A stretch of 54,674 nt of DNA from Acidimicrobiia bacterium (lineage in GTDB: Bacteria > Actinomycetota > Acidimicrobiia > IMCC26256 > PALSA-555), in the NCBI GenBank assembly GCA_009694295.1, contig SHVJ01000003.1, forward strand, positions 1 to 54,674. The letters are read 5' to 3'. A model generated the notes under the pieces. It ran no database searches, was not told the DNA's origin, and worked only from the letters and a program-made list of their open reading frames with translations. Numbering within the stretch: the first letter of the stretch is position 1; each line of letters opens with the position of its first letter. The translations under genes and the position numbers were made by a program. Positions 35,968-44,491 of the stretch are shown here, in pieces.

Positions 35968-37632
35968 TCAGACCTCGAGGACCACCGGGATGATCGCAGG
36001 TCGGCGGCGGGTGCGCTGGCTGATGAGGCGGCCCAATGCGCGTCGGACCACTCGCCGCAAGGTGTCGAAGTCGGTGGCACCCTCGGCCGCGGCCGCTTCG
36101 AGCGCGGTGCGCACTGCGGCGCGCGCGTCCTCGAGCAGCTCCTCGGCCTCGGCTTCGTAGACCCAGCCCCGCGTGACGATCTCGGGCCCGGTGACGATCT
36201 CGCCGCTGGCAGCTTCGACAGTGACGATCACCACGACGAAGCCTTCCTCGGCCAGCGTGCGCCGGTCGCGAAGCACGCCTTGCCCCACGTCGCCGCCGAT
36301 CCCGTCGACGTACTGGTAGCCGGCGGGCACCGCACGCCGCTCCACATCGGCGCCGGCATCGTCGAGCGTGACGGCGTCGCCGTCCTCGCACACGAGGATG
36401 CGATCCGACGGCACGCCCACCTGCTCGGCGAGCCGCGCGTGATGGACCATATGCCGGTACTCGCCGTGCACCGGCACGAACCATTCCGGTCGCACCAGGT
36501 CGAGCATGAACTTGAGCTCTTCGCTGTTCGCGTGGCCCGACACGTGCACGTGCGCACCGTGGCCGTACACCACATCGGCGCCGGCTCGGTGGAGCGAGTC
36601 GATCACCCGATCGACGTTCGCTTCGTTGCCGGGGATCGCGTGCGCCGAGATCACGACCACATCGTCGGCGCTGATCTTGACGTGCTTGTGCTCGTGTGCC
36701 GCCATCAACGACAGCGCGCTCATGGGCTCACCCTGGGAGCCTGTGCAGATCACGCACAGCTCACCGGGTGAGAAACGCGGCGCGTCTTCGATGTCGACCA
36801 CCTTGTCGGCCGGGATGTCGAAGAGGCCCATCTCGCGCGCCAGCGTGGTGTTGTGCACCATCGATCGACCTAGGAACGCAACATGGCGACCGGCGGCAAC
36901 CGCTTCGCGCGCCACCTGCTGCACGCGGTGCAAGTGCGACGCGAACGACGTGACGATGAAGCGACGATCGGGATGGTCGCGGAACAAGTCGCGCAGCACC
37001 GGGCCGACGGACGTCTCGGACTCCGTGAACCCCGGCTCCTCGGCGTTCGTGGAGTCGGACATCAGCAAGCGGACGCCTTCGCTCCCGATCTGCCCGAGCC
37101 GCGGCAGGTCGGTGGTGCGTCCGTCGACGGGCGTGAGGTCGAGCTTGAAGTCGCCCGTGTGCAGGATCGTGCCGACGGGCGTGTGATACGCAACCGCGAA
37201 CGCGTGCGGCACAGAGTGCGTGACCGGCACGAACTCCGCCTCGAGCGGACCGATCGTGACGACATCGCCGTCTTTCACCGGAATCAACTCGGTCTGACCG
37301 AGGACCCCGGCTTCTTCGATGCGCTTGCGGGCAAACCCGAGCGACAACGCCGACCCGTAGATCGGTGCAGACACATCAGCGAGGAGGTAGCCCAACGCCC
37401 CGACGTGGTCCTCGTGCCCGTGCGTGAGCACGATGCCGTCGACGCGATCCGCGTTGGCACGCAGATACGTGAAGTCGGGAAGGACCAGATCAACACCGGG
37501 CATGTCGGCTGTCGGGAACATCAGCCCGCAATCGACGACGACGATGCGGCCTTCGACCTCTAGGCAGAAGCAGTTCCGCCCGATCTCTCCGAGCCCGCCC
37601 AGGAAGACAATCCGGACGGCTTTGCTCACCAC
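35968..37632 (-). CDS. rnj: Ribonuclease J
   Basis: LGGLGEIGRN, THGHEDHVG, HTGDFKLD, SDSTNA, TGSQGEP, HVSGH, PVHGEYRH. Confidence 0.96.
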   Translation of the reverse strand: MVSKAVRIVFLGGLGEIGRNCFCLEVEGRIVVVDCGLMFPTADMPGVDLVLPDFTYLRANADRVDGIVLTHGHEDHVGALGYLLADVSAPIYGSALSLGFARKRIEEAGVLGQTELIPVKDGDVVTIGPLEAEFVPVTHSVPHAFAVAYHTPVGTILHTGDFKLDLTPVDGRTTDLPRLGQIGSEGVRLLMSDSTNAEEPGFTESETSVGPVLRDLFRDHPDRRFIVTSFASHLHRVQQVAREAVAAGRHVAFLGRSMVHNTTLAREMGLFDIPADKVVDIEDAPRFSPGELCVICTGSQGEPMSALSLMAAHEHKHVKISADDVVVISAHAIPGNEANVDRVIDSLHRAGADVVYGHGAHVHVSGHANSEELKFMLDLVRPEWFVPVHGEYRHMVHHARLAEQVGVPSDRILVCEDGDAVTLDDAGADVERRAVPAGYQYVDGIGGDVGQGVLRDRRTLAEEGFVVVIVTVEAASGEIVTGPEIVTRGWVYEAEAEELLEDARAAVRTALEAAAAEGATDFDTLRRVVRRALGRLISQRTRRRPAIIPVVLEV

Positions 37633-37808
37633 AGCGAGGCTAGTGGCCCCTGTTCCGCGTGAGCGCGCGTGTGGTCTCTGAAGAGTGGCCAGATTTCGAC
37701 CGGCTCACGTGGTGCAGATCGGGGTCGGGTGGCTCTACTAGGTAGTCACCATCGCCGCGAAATGGTGAGACCCCTCGGAAGAATTTGGCGCCCGGGCTGA
37801 AGGCCTTG

Positions 37809-38960
37809 CTATGCCGAGACTTCTTCTCGGTCCTTGGCGACCTCGTCGAGGGCTGTGTACTCCTCGCCGGTGTCGACCCAGTCCTCGAACTGGATGACGC
37901 CGAGATCGGTGAACCGGTCGCGGAGCCAGCCGTCGCCTGCGTCGAGCAAGCCGAGCTTCTTGCAGTTCGGGACGATCTTCGAGAAGAGCATCGACTGGAA
38001 GACGGGCCGGTCGGGCGACCGAAGGACCACCTTGACCGCTTCCTTCACGTCGACACCCATGCGCTCCCACACCTCCTGCTGGAGGAACCGGTCGCGCATG
38101 CGCACCGCGGCTTCGAACGCAAACTCCTGGCGCTCGCGGATCTCCGCCGCGCTGAGCTCCGCGTAGTACTCCTGGAGGGACAGCACGCCGAACGCAACAT
38201 GGCGGGCTTCGTCGGCCATCACGTAGCGGAGCAGCTTCTTCAAGAGCGGCTCGGTGCTCATCTGTTGCATGAAGCCGAACGCCGCGAGCGCGAGCCCCTC
38301 GACCATCACTTGCATGCCGAGGTAGGTCATGTCCCACCGGCTGTCAGCGATGATGTCGTCGAGCAGCATCTTGAGGTGCGCGTTGATCGGGTAGTGACCC
38401 GACAGCTTCGTGTCGAGATAGCGCGAGAACACCTCGACGTGACGGGCCTCGTCCATCACCTGCGTCGACGCGTAGTACTTGGCGTCGATCCACGGCACGG
38501 TCTCCACGATCTGCGCCGTGCAGATCAACGCGCCCTGCTCGCCGTGCATGAACTGCGAGAGCGTCCAGTTCTGCGACTGCACGCCGAACTCGATCCACTC
38601 CTTCTCGCCCCACTTCTCGAAGGGCGTGTCGGTCATGTCCATCGAGCCGTAGAGCATGTCGTTCTGCGCTTGGTTCGCCGCGACCACCGCTTCCTGGTCG
38701 ACCTCGAGCTCCCACGGAAGATCCGTGCTGCCGTTCCACTGCGACGTCTTGGCCTTCTCGTAGAGCTTGTGCAGCGCGGCGCGGGTCTGCTCGTAGTCCC
38801 ACGTGAAGATCGCGTCGCCCTCGGCGCGCACCGCGTGCGCGACCTCGTCGACCTCGGTGTTCGTGATCGCGAGGATGGCGTCGACGTCGTTCACGTCGGC
38901 GCGCCCGATCAGATCGTGGGTGGTGAGGTCTTGATTGGACAGGCTCTGGTCGATGGCCAT
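37809..38960 (-). CDS. Ferritin-like diiron protein (AurF-like superfamily)
   Basis: SQFMHGEQGAL, QVMDEARHVE, VMVEGLALAAF, DEARHVAFG: two ExxH motifs. Confidence 0.85.
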   Translation of the reverse strand: MAIDQSLSNQDLTTHDLIGRADVNDVDAILAITNTEVDEVAHAVRAEGDAIFTWDYEQTRAALHKLYEKAKTSQWNGSTDLPWELEVDQEAVVAANQAQNDMLYGSMDMTDTPFEKWGEKEWIEFGVQSQNWTLSQFMHGEQGALICTAQIVETVPWIDAKYYASTQVMDEARHVEVFSRYLDTKLSGHYPINAHLKMLLDDIIADSRWDMTYLGMQVMVEGLALAAFGFMQQMSTEPLLKKLLRYVMADEARHVAFGVLSLQEYYAELSAAEIRERQEFAFEAAVRMRDRFLQQEVWERMGVDVKEAVKVVLRSPDRPVFQSMLFSKIVPNCKKLGLLDAGDGWLRDRFTDLGVIQFEDWVDTGEEYTALDEVAKDREEVSA

Positions 38961-38964
38961 GGCG

Positions 38965-39621
38965 CTACCTCTTTGATGGGAGAGAGATGACGGGGTCTCG
39001 GAGGATGGAATCGATGGCGGGGACAACGAAGTCGCGCAGGTAGGCGCGCAGGCGATCGGGGTCGGTAAGTGGCACGGGGCCACTCGGGCACAACCAGAGC
39101 GTGAGACTCACTCGGGCGACCCACTCGGCCGCGCGCTCGGCCTGACCGGGTACGAAGCGCTCGAGGCTCGACGCAATGGCCGCAGCCGCACGAGCGAGGA
39201 AGCGATCACCGCCGCCGAACGTGAGATGTGGGAGGAGCAACTCGGGCTCGAAGTCGGCAACGAAGCGCAGCGCCGGGTGCTGGCCGAGCTCTTGACCCGC
39301 GGTGTGAACGATCGCAACGAGCGCGTCTTCGAGGGTGTCGGTGCTCTCGGCTGCGTCGTGGACGCGCTCTGCGATACGGGCTGCCTCCAGCTCCACCGCC
39401 GCGGCGACGATCTCGGCCCGTCCGCCGAAGTAGCGGTAGAGCGATGCCCGGGAGCAGCCGGCCTCACGGGCAACGTCGTCGATCGTGGTCTTGCCCAAAC
39501 CATGGCGGGCGATGCACACGAGCGTGGCCGCGACTGCTCGCTCCCGAATTCCAGAAGTCTGGATACCCGGAGTCTGAAGACCGGGGGCGATCGGTGCGAT
39601 GGGATCTGCGAGTGCTGTCAC
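38965..39621 (-). CDS. TetR/AcrR-family regulator
   Basis: GLGKTTIDDVAREAGCSRASLYRYFGG. Start uncertain. Confidence 0.88.
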   Translation of the reverse strand: MTALADPIAPIAPGLQTPGIQTSGIRERAVAATLVCIARHGLGKTTIDDVAREAGCSRASLYRYFGGRAEIVAAAVELEAARIAERVHDAAESTDTLEDALVAIVHTAGQELGQHPALRFVADFEPELLLPHLTFGGGDRFLARAAAAIASSLERFVPGQAERAAEWVARVSLTLWLCPSGPVPLTDPDRLRAYLRDFVVPAIDSILRDPVISLPSKR

Positions 39622-39623
39622 CA

Positions 39624-39654
39624 GGTGAGACAGTACGACCGAAATCGTCTCACC
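39624..39654. promoter_or_regulatory. Inverted repeat GGTGAGAC-N15-GTCTCACC, candidate TetR operator
   Basis: 8-bp arms immediately 5' of the TetR gene. Confidence 0.55.
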
Positions 39655-39685
39655 GTCAATGTGTTCCGCCAGGAACTGACGGGAT

Positions 39686-39720
39686 TGGCCGAAATCGTGG
39701 GACCTCTGGCATTGCGGCCA
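39686..39720. promoter_or_regulatory. 35-bp TGGCCG...CGGCCA unit, candidate GlxA-family operator
   Basis: TGGCCGAAATCGTGGGACCTCTGGCATTGCGGCCA; same length and ends as the units at 7677-7747. Confidence 0.6.
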
Positions 39721-39747
39721 ACAGCGCCAACCCTCATGCTGGGGCCC

Positions 39748-40698
39748 ATGCGAACGGTCGTTGTCCTGGCCTACCCCGGCGTGCAGTCGGTCGATGTGAG
39801 CGGCCCCGTCGAGGTGTTCGCCGCCACGGGTGAGTACGAGGTCGAGATCGTGGCGCCGACGGCCGGACCCGTGCGAGCCCAAAGTGGCCTCACACTGTGG
39901 ACCGATCGGGCCCTCGACGAGGTGACCGGGCCGATCGACACCTTTGTCGTCGCCGGCGGAGTCGGGACGGCCGAGGTGGTGCGTGACGTCGGCGTCATCA
40001 TCGCCGTGCGCAACCTCGCACCGCAGACCCGCCGGATGTCGTCGGTGTGCACCGGCGCCTTCGTGCTCGCCGAAGCCGGTCTCCTCGACGGGCGGCGCGC
40101 CACCACGCATTGGGGTTCGTGCGATCTGCTCGCGAGTAGGTACCCCGCGGTGCAGGTGGACCCCGATCCGATCTTCGTGCGCGACGGCGAGACGTGGACG
40201 TCCGCGGGCGTGACGGCCGGCATCGACATGGCGCTCGCGATGGTCGAGGACGACCTCGGGCGCGACGCCGCACTCGCGGTTGCTCGGCGCTTCGTGGTGT
40301 TCCTCAAGCGGCCAGGAGGCCAGTCGCAGTTCAGCGCACAGCTCGCCGGCCAGTTCGCCGAGCAGCCACCATTGCGCGACCTCCAGGGTTGGGTGGCGGA
40401 ACATCTTGGCGACGACCTCACCGTCGAGCAGCTCGCCGCACAGGTAGCAATGAGCCCGCGCAACTTCTCGCGCTCGTTCCGGCGCGAGGTTGGCGTCACG
40501 CCCGCGCGCTTCGTGGAGCGCGTGCGGGTGGAAGCAGCCCGGCGTCGACTCGAAGACTCGACTGCATCCGTCGACGAGATCGCCAACGGGTGCGGCTTCG
40601 GCACGGCCGAGACCATGCGCCGCACCTTCTTGCGCGTCCTGCGCGTGACCCCCAGCGACTACCGCAACCGATTCCGATCCGAGCGCGCGAGCGCATGA
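39748..40698 (+). CDS. GlxA-family transcriptional regulator
   Basis: SVCTGAFVLAEAGLLDGRRATTHW, TSAGVTAGID, RPGGQSQFS, MSPRNFSRSF, GFGTAETMRR. Confidence 0.93.
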   Translation: MRTVVVLAYPGVQSVDVSGPVEVFAATGEYEVEIVAPTAGPVRAQSGLTLWTDRALDEVTGPIDTFVVAGGVGTAEVVRDVGVIIAVRNLAPQTRRMSSVCTGAFVLAEAGLLDGRRATTHWGSCDLLASRYPAVQVDPDPIFVRDGETWTSAGVTAGIDMALAMVEDDLGRDAALAVARRFVVFLKRPGGQSQFSAQLAGQFAEQPPLRDLQGWVAEHLGDDLTVEQLAAQVAMSPRNFSRSFRREVGVTPARFVERVRVEAARRRLEDSTASVDEIANGCGFGTAETMRRTFLRVLRVTPSDYRNRFRSERASA

Positions 40699-40717
40699 GA
40701 AAGAAGGAGCGTGCGTG

Positions 40718-41302
40718 ATGCCGTTCACGACAGGGATGCTGCTGTTCAACGACTTCGAGGAGCTCGACTTCGTAGGCCCGTGGGAGGTGTTCACCACAGC
40801 CAAGAAGGAAGGCGACCAGGTCGTGAGCATCGCAGCCGAGCCCGGACCCGTCCGCGGCTTCAACGGGTTGTCGATGATCGCCGAGCACGGGTTCGCCAAC
40901 GCACCGAAGGTCGACGTGCTGGTGATACCGGGCGGCTGGGGCACCCGGGCACTCGCCGACGACGCCACGCATCTCGAATGGATCAAGACTGTGGCCGCGG
41001 GCTGCACCTGGGTCACGAGCGTGTGCACCGGCGCCATCCTGCTGAACAGCGCCGGTCTGCTGAGCGGACGCAAGGCCACCACGCACTGGGCCTATGTCGA
41101 CACACTTCGCGAGACGCCCGACGTCACCGTGCTCGACGATGTCCGCTACGTGCAGGACGGCAACGTCGTCACCGCGGCCGGCGTCTCCGCCGGCATCGAC
41201 ATGTCGCTCTGGCTCGTCGGTCAGATGTACGACGAGCAGCACGCGCGCGATGTGCAGCGCGTCATCGAATACGACCCCGCCCCACCGTACGCGCTGGTCT
41301 GA
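40718..41302 (+). CDS. DJ-1/PfpI-family protein (isonitrile hydratase InhA-like)
   Basis: FEELDFVGPWEVF, PGGWG, SVCTGA, ATTHW, TAAGVSAGID, EYDPAPP. Confidence 0.9.
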   Translation: MPFTTGMLLFNDFEELDFVGPWEVFTTAKKEGDQVVSIAAEPGPVRGFNGLSMIAEHGFANAPKVDVLVIPGGWGTRALADDATHLEWIKTVAAGCTWVTSVCTGAILLNSAGLLSGRKATTHWAYVDTLRETPDVTVLDDVRYVQDGNVVTAAGVSAGIDMSLWLVGQMYDEQHARDVQRVIEYDPAPPYALV

Positions 41303-41307
41303 GTCCG

Positions 41308-41347
41308 AACGCGAAGGCCATAAACGCGAAGGCCATAAACGCGAAGG
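41308..41347. repeat. 15-bp tandem repeat (AACGCGAAGGCCATA, about 2.7 copies)
   Basis: Copies start at 41308, 41323 and 41338. Confidence 0.85.
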
Positions 41348-41373
41348 GAGGGCGGCCCGAAAGCCGCCCTCCC
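41346..41373. terminator. Hairpin between convergent genes
   Basis: GGGAGGGCGGC-ccgaaa-GCCGCCCTCCC; a second hairpin TGCGTCA...TGACGCA follows at about 41384-41422. Confidence 0.72.
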
Positions 41374-41432
41374 AACCCGTTCTTGCGTCACTTCCCCGCG
41401 ATTATTCACGGGAAATGACGCATGTTCGACTC

Positions 41433-41870
41433 TTACCCCTGGGGGCGGGTCCAGTCGATAGCAATCGAGTTCGGGTCGGTTGGGTCGACCTTCACCCCGA
41501 CCTTGCAGCCGGGCTGCACCAACGGCGCCTGCATCGCCGGAACTCCCGCGGAGACCTTGGCGTCGTACGCGGGCTTGCCGGGAACCTCCACCGAGATGTC
41601 GAAGACGATCTGCGGGTTGAAGTTCACGATCACGCCGGTGTCGGTGAAGCTCTTGATGGTCGCGGTTCCGGCGGTGCCGGTGGTGAGCAGAGCCTGCTGC
41701 TTGGCCATGTCGGCCTGGAGCGCCATCGCGTCGTCGACGGCCTCGGTGGCCTGGTGCAGCGTGTCGGGAAGGTCTTGCAACATCCCGAGCATGCCGGTCT
41801 TCTTGCCTTGCGCCTTCTGGACTTCCTTGCCTTGGTCGGACAGCTTCTTGAGGTCCTTGAACATGCCCAT
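41433..41870 (-). CDS. Hypothetical protein (amphipathic N-terminus, beta-rich C-terminal domain)
   Basis: MGMFKDLKKL...GTAGTATIKSFTDTGVIVNFNPQ...VKVDPTDPNSIAIDW; GAGGAG RBS and high GC3 codon pattern. Confidence 0.8.
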   Translation of the reverse strand: MGMFKDLKKLSDQGKEVQKAQGKKTGMLGMLQDLPDTLHQATEAVDDAMALQADMAKQQALLTTGTAGTATIKSFTDTGVIVNFNPQIVFDISVEVPGKPAYDAKVSAGVPAMQAPLVQPGCKVGVKVDPTDPNSIAIDWTRPQG

Positions 41871-41917
41871 GCCGAGCTCCTCTCGTCGGGCGCAGGGTGC
41901 GCCCGTTGTGGTCAACC

Positions 41918-42027
41918 TGACGAGACCCCTTCGGTCGGTCCACCCGCTATGAGGTACGGGGTTGGTGTTGATCATGCCATCTCCGTGTGAATTCCGCGGG
42001 GGTGAGGTAGGCGAGTGATTGGTGGGG
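41918..42027 (-). mobile_element. Remnant right end of an IS3-family element
   Basis: [17 protein letters not shown]...TS* resembles the IS3 OrfB C-terminus (RPHSSLGYxTPxEF). It is followed by GTGGACCGACCGAAGGGGTCTCGTCA, an IS3-like terminal repeat ending in CA. Confidence 0.7.
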
Positions 42028-42210
42028 GAGCAGACCCGAGACCGCCCGCAAGAGAGTGGTCTTCCCGGCACCGTTGGCTCCGAGAAGTGCGACGACTTTG
42101 CCTGCGGGCACGTCGAGGCTGACGCCGCGCAGCACCCGGATCGAGCTCCCGTACACCACCTCGAGGTTTCGCACCGCGAGCAGTGGCGTCCCCGCCAAAT
42201 CGGGCGTCAC
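42028..42210 (-). pseudogene. 5' fragment of a LivF-like ABC transporter ATPase
   Basis: [52 protein letters not shown], then no signature motif or Walker B. Confidence 0.85.
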
Positions 42211-42322
42211 GACGGGGCACCCTACTTCCCGCTCTTGGCCCTGCGGGCTAGCCCCTCGTTCTGGAGAGCGTGGTGGGCATCTCACGCCCACCAGGATCTC
42301 CAGAACGGGGTCTTGGTCTGGG

Positions 42323-43114
42323 TTAGAGGCCGAGGAGGGCGTCGAGGCCGACGGTGAGGCCGGGGCGCTCGCGGACGGCGCGAATGGCGAGGAGCACTCC
42401 CGGCATGAACGACGTGCGGTCGTACGAGTCGTGGCGGATCGTGAGTGACTGACCCGCGGTGCCGAGCACCACTTCTTGGTGTGCGACGAGCCCACGAAGC
42501 CGCACCGAGTGCACCCGGATGCCACCGGGGCCTTCCGCGCCGCGCGCGCCTTCGAGCACCATCTTCTGGGTGGGGTCCTTGCCCCAGTCACCCGACGCCT
42601 GCGCCATCCGCTGCGCGGTGAGCATCGCGGTGCCCGACGGCGCGTCCACCTTCTCGTCGTGGTGCAGTTCGATGACTTCGGCGGTCTCGAAGTAGGGCGC
42701 GGCGAGCTCGGCGAACCGCATCATCAGCACGGCGCCGATCGCGAAGTTCGGCACGATGACGGCGTTCGCTGCGCCCTCGAGGAGCCGCATGCGCAGCTCG
42801 TCGAGCTCCTGCTCACTGAAACCCGTGGTGCCGACCACTGCGTGCACGCCATGGTCCGCGCACCAGCCGAGGTTCTCGCGGGCGGCGTCGATGACCGTGA
42901 AGTCGACGGCGACGTCGGCACCATTCTCTGCAAGCGCGTCGGCCGTGCGCGCGACCTGCAGACCGGTGTCGGGCACACCGAGCTGATGCAGGTCGATGCC
43001 GGCGTGGTACGGATCGACCGCGGCAACCAACTCGAGCTCGGGATCGTTCGCAACCGCCGCGCAGACGGTGGAGCCCATGCGGCCCCCGGCACCAAAGACT
43101 CCAACTCGGATCAC
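42323..43114 (-). CDS. dapB: 4-hydroxy-tetrahydrodipicolinate reductase
   Basis: [37 protein letters not shown]. Confidence 0.96.
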   Translation of the reverse strand: MIRVGVFGAGGRMGSTVCAAVANDPELELVAAVDPYHAGIDLHQLGVPDTGLQVARTADALAENGADVAVDFTVIDAARENLGWCADHGVHAVVGTTGFSEQELDELRMRLLEGAANAVIVPNFAIGAVLMMRFAELAAPYFETAEVIELHHDEKVDAPSGTAMLTAQRMAQASGDWGKDPTQKMVLEGARGAEGPGGIRVHSVRLRGLVAHQEVVLGTAGQSLTIRHDSYDRTSFMPGVLLAIRAVRERPGLTVGLDALLGL

Positions 43115-43139
43115 CCGACGAGGGTACTGGGCGATGCGT

Positions 43140-44417
43140 TCAGGTGCGCCCGGCAAATTGCGCTTCGTCGACCGGTCCCACCACGGCAAGCGTGCGCTCA
43201 TCGGTGGCAAGGACTCGCTCGACAACCCGGGCCACATCGTCGGAGCCCACCGCGTCGACCTCGGCCACGAGCTCGTCGAGTGACGGGATCTCGCCCATCG
43301 TCAGCTCGCTGCGGCCGAGTCGATGCATACGACTCGCCGAGCTCTCGAGCGAGAGGGCAAGCGAGCCACGCAGGTGACCCTTGGCCGCGTCGAGCTCGTG
43401 CTCGGTAATGCCGCCTTCGGCGACCACGCGAGCCAACTCGGCGTCGATCACGGTGAGCAGCTCTGGCAGCCGGTCGGGGCCGGTACCAGCCGACACTGCG
43501 AACGCACCGGTCTCTTCGAACGCGGCGCGGAACGAGTACACGGAGTAGGCCAGTCCTCGGCGCTCGCGCACCTCTTGAAACAAGCGAGATGACATGCCGC
43601 CACCGAGCGTCTGGTTCAACACCGTCATCGCGTAGCGATCGGGATCGTCGCGGGACAGCGAGCGCATGCCGAGCACAACGTGGGCTTGCTCGGTCGGGCG
43701 TTCGAGCACTGCAAGAGGACGGGGCGCGTCGTCACCGGCATACCGATCGCGCGCGGGCCGGTCGCCGGACGTGCCATCGAAACCCTTCTCGACGAGCGCG
43801 ACTACATCGTCGTGGTCGAGGTTGCCGGCCACCGCGACCACCACGTTGCTCGGGTGGTAGTGCCGCTGGTGAAACGCGCTGATATCGACCGACTGCATCG
43901 CGTTGATCGTGGCGGGCGCGCCAATCACCTCACGCCCGATCGGATGACCTGGGAAGATCGCACCGGCGAACACATCGTGGACGAGATCCTCGGGTGCGTC
44001 GTCGCGCATGCGGATCTCTTCGAGGATCACCTGGCGCTCGGCGTCGACGTCGCTCTGGCGCAGGGCTGGTCGCCACACGATGTCGGAGAGGATCTCGATC
44101 GCGAGGGGGAGGCATTCGTCGGGCACGCGCACGTAGAACGCAGTCAGCTCTTGGGTGGTGAACGCGTTCATGTCGCCACCCACCGACTCAACCGCCTCAG
44201 CGATCTGCACCGCACTGCGCGCCTCGGTGCCCTTGAAGAGCAGGTGCTCGAGGAAGTGGCTCGCGCCCGCGAGCTCGTCGGGCTCGTCGCGCGAGCCCGT
44301 GCCAACCCAGAAGCCAACCGCCACCGACCGCAAGCTGGGCATGGCCTCAGTGACCACCCGCGCACCGCTGTCGAGGCGCGTCCGACGAATCGCCGCCGGT
44401 GCGGCAGTCCCAGCCAT
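43140..44417 (-). CDS. M16 (pitrilysin-family) zinc peptidase
   Basis: GASHFLEHLLFKGT, NAFT, LGGGMSSRLFQEVRERRGLAYSVYS; pnp-M16-dapB context. Confidence 0.94.
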   Translation of the reverse strand: MAGTAAPAAIRRTRLDSGARVVTEAMPSLRSVAVGFWVGTGSRDEPDELAGASHFLEHLLFKGTEARSAVQIAEAVESVGGDMNAFTTQELTAFYVRVPDECLPLAIEILSDIVWRPALRQSDVDAERQVILEEIRMRDDAPEDLVHDVFAGAIFPGHPIGREVIGAPATINAMQSVDISAFHQRHYHPSNVVVAVAGNLDHDDVVALVEKGFDGTSGDRPARDRYAGDDAPRPLAVLERPTEQAHVVLGMRSLSRDDPDRYAMTVLNQTLGGGMSSRLFQEVRERRGLAYSVYSFRAAFEETGAFAVSAGTGPDRLPELLTVIDAELARVVAEGGITEHELDAAKGHLRGSLALSLESSASRMHRLGRSELTMGEIPSLDELVAEVDAVGSDDVARVVERVLATDERTLAVVGPVDEAQFAGRT

Positions 44418-44491
44418 CACGAGATCATCGGCGTGGATTCGGGACCCTGTAGGGGTGGTTGGCTCTGGATGCCCAGCAGAGGTGGTGTCGG

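Noticed and set aside
38965-41082. 705-aa ORF suggesting a large TetR fusion
   Set aside because: The upstream part is antisense to the GlxA and DJ-1 genes; only the last ~218 codons are TetR-like.
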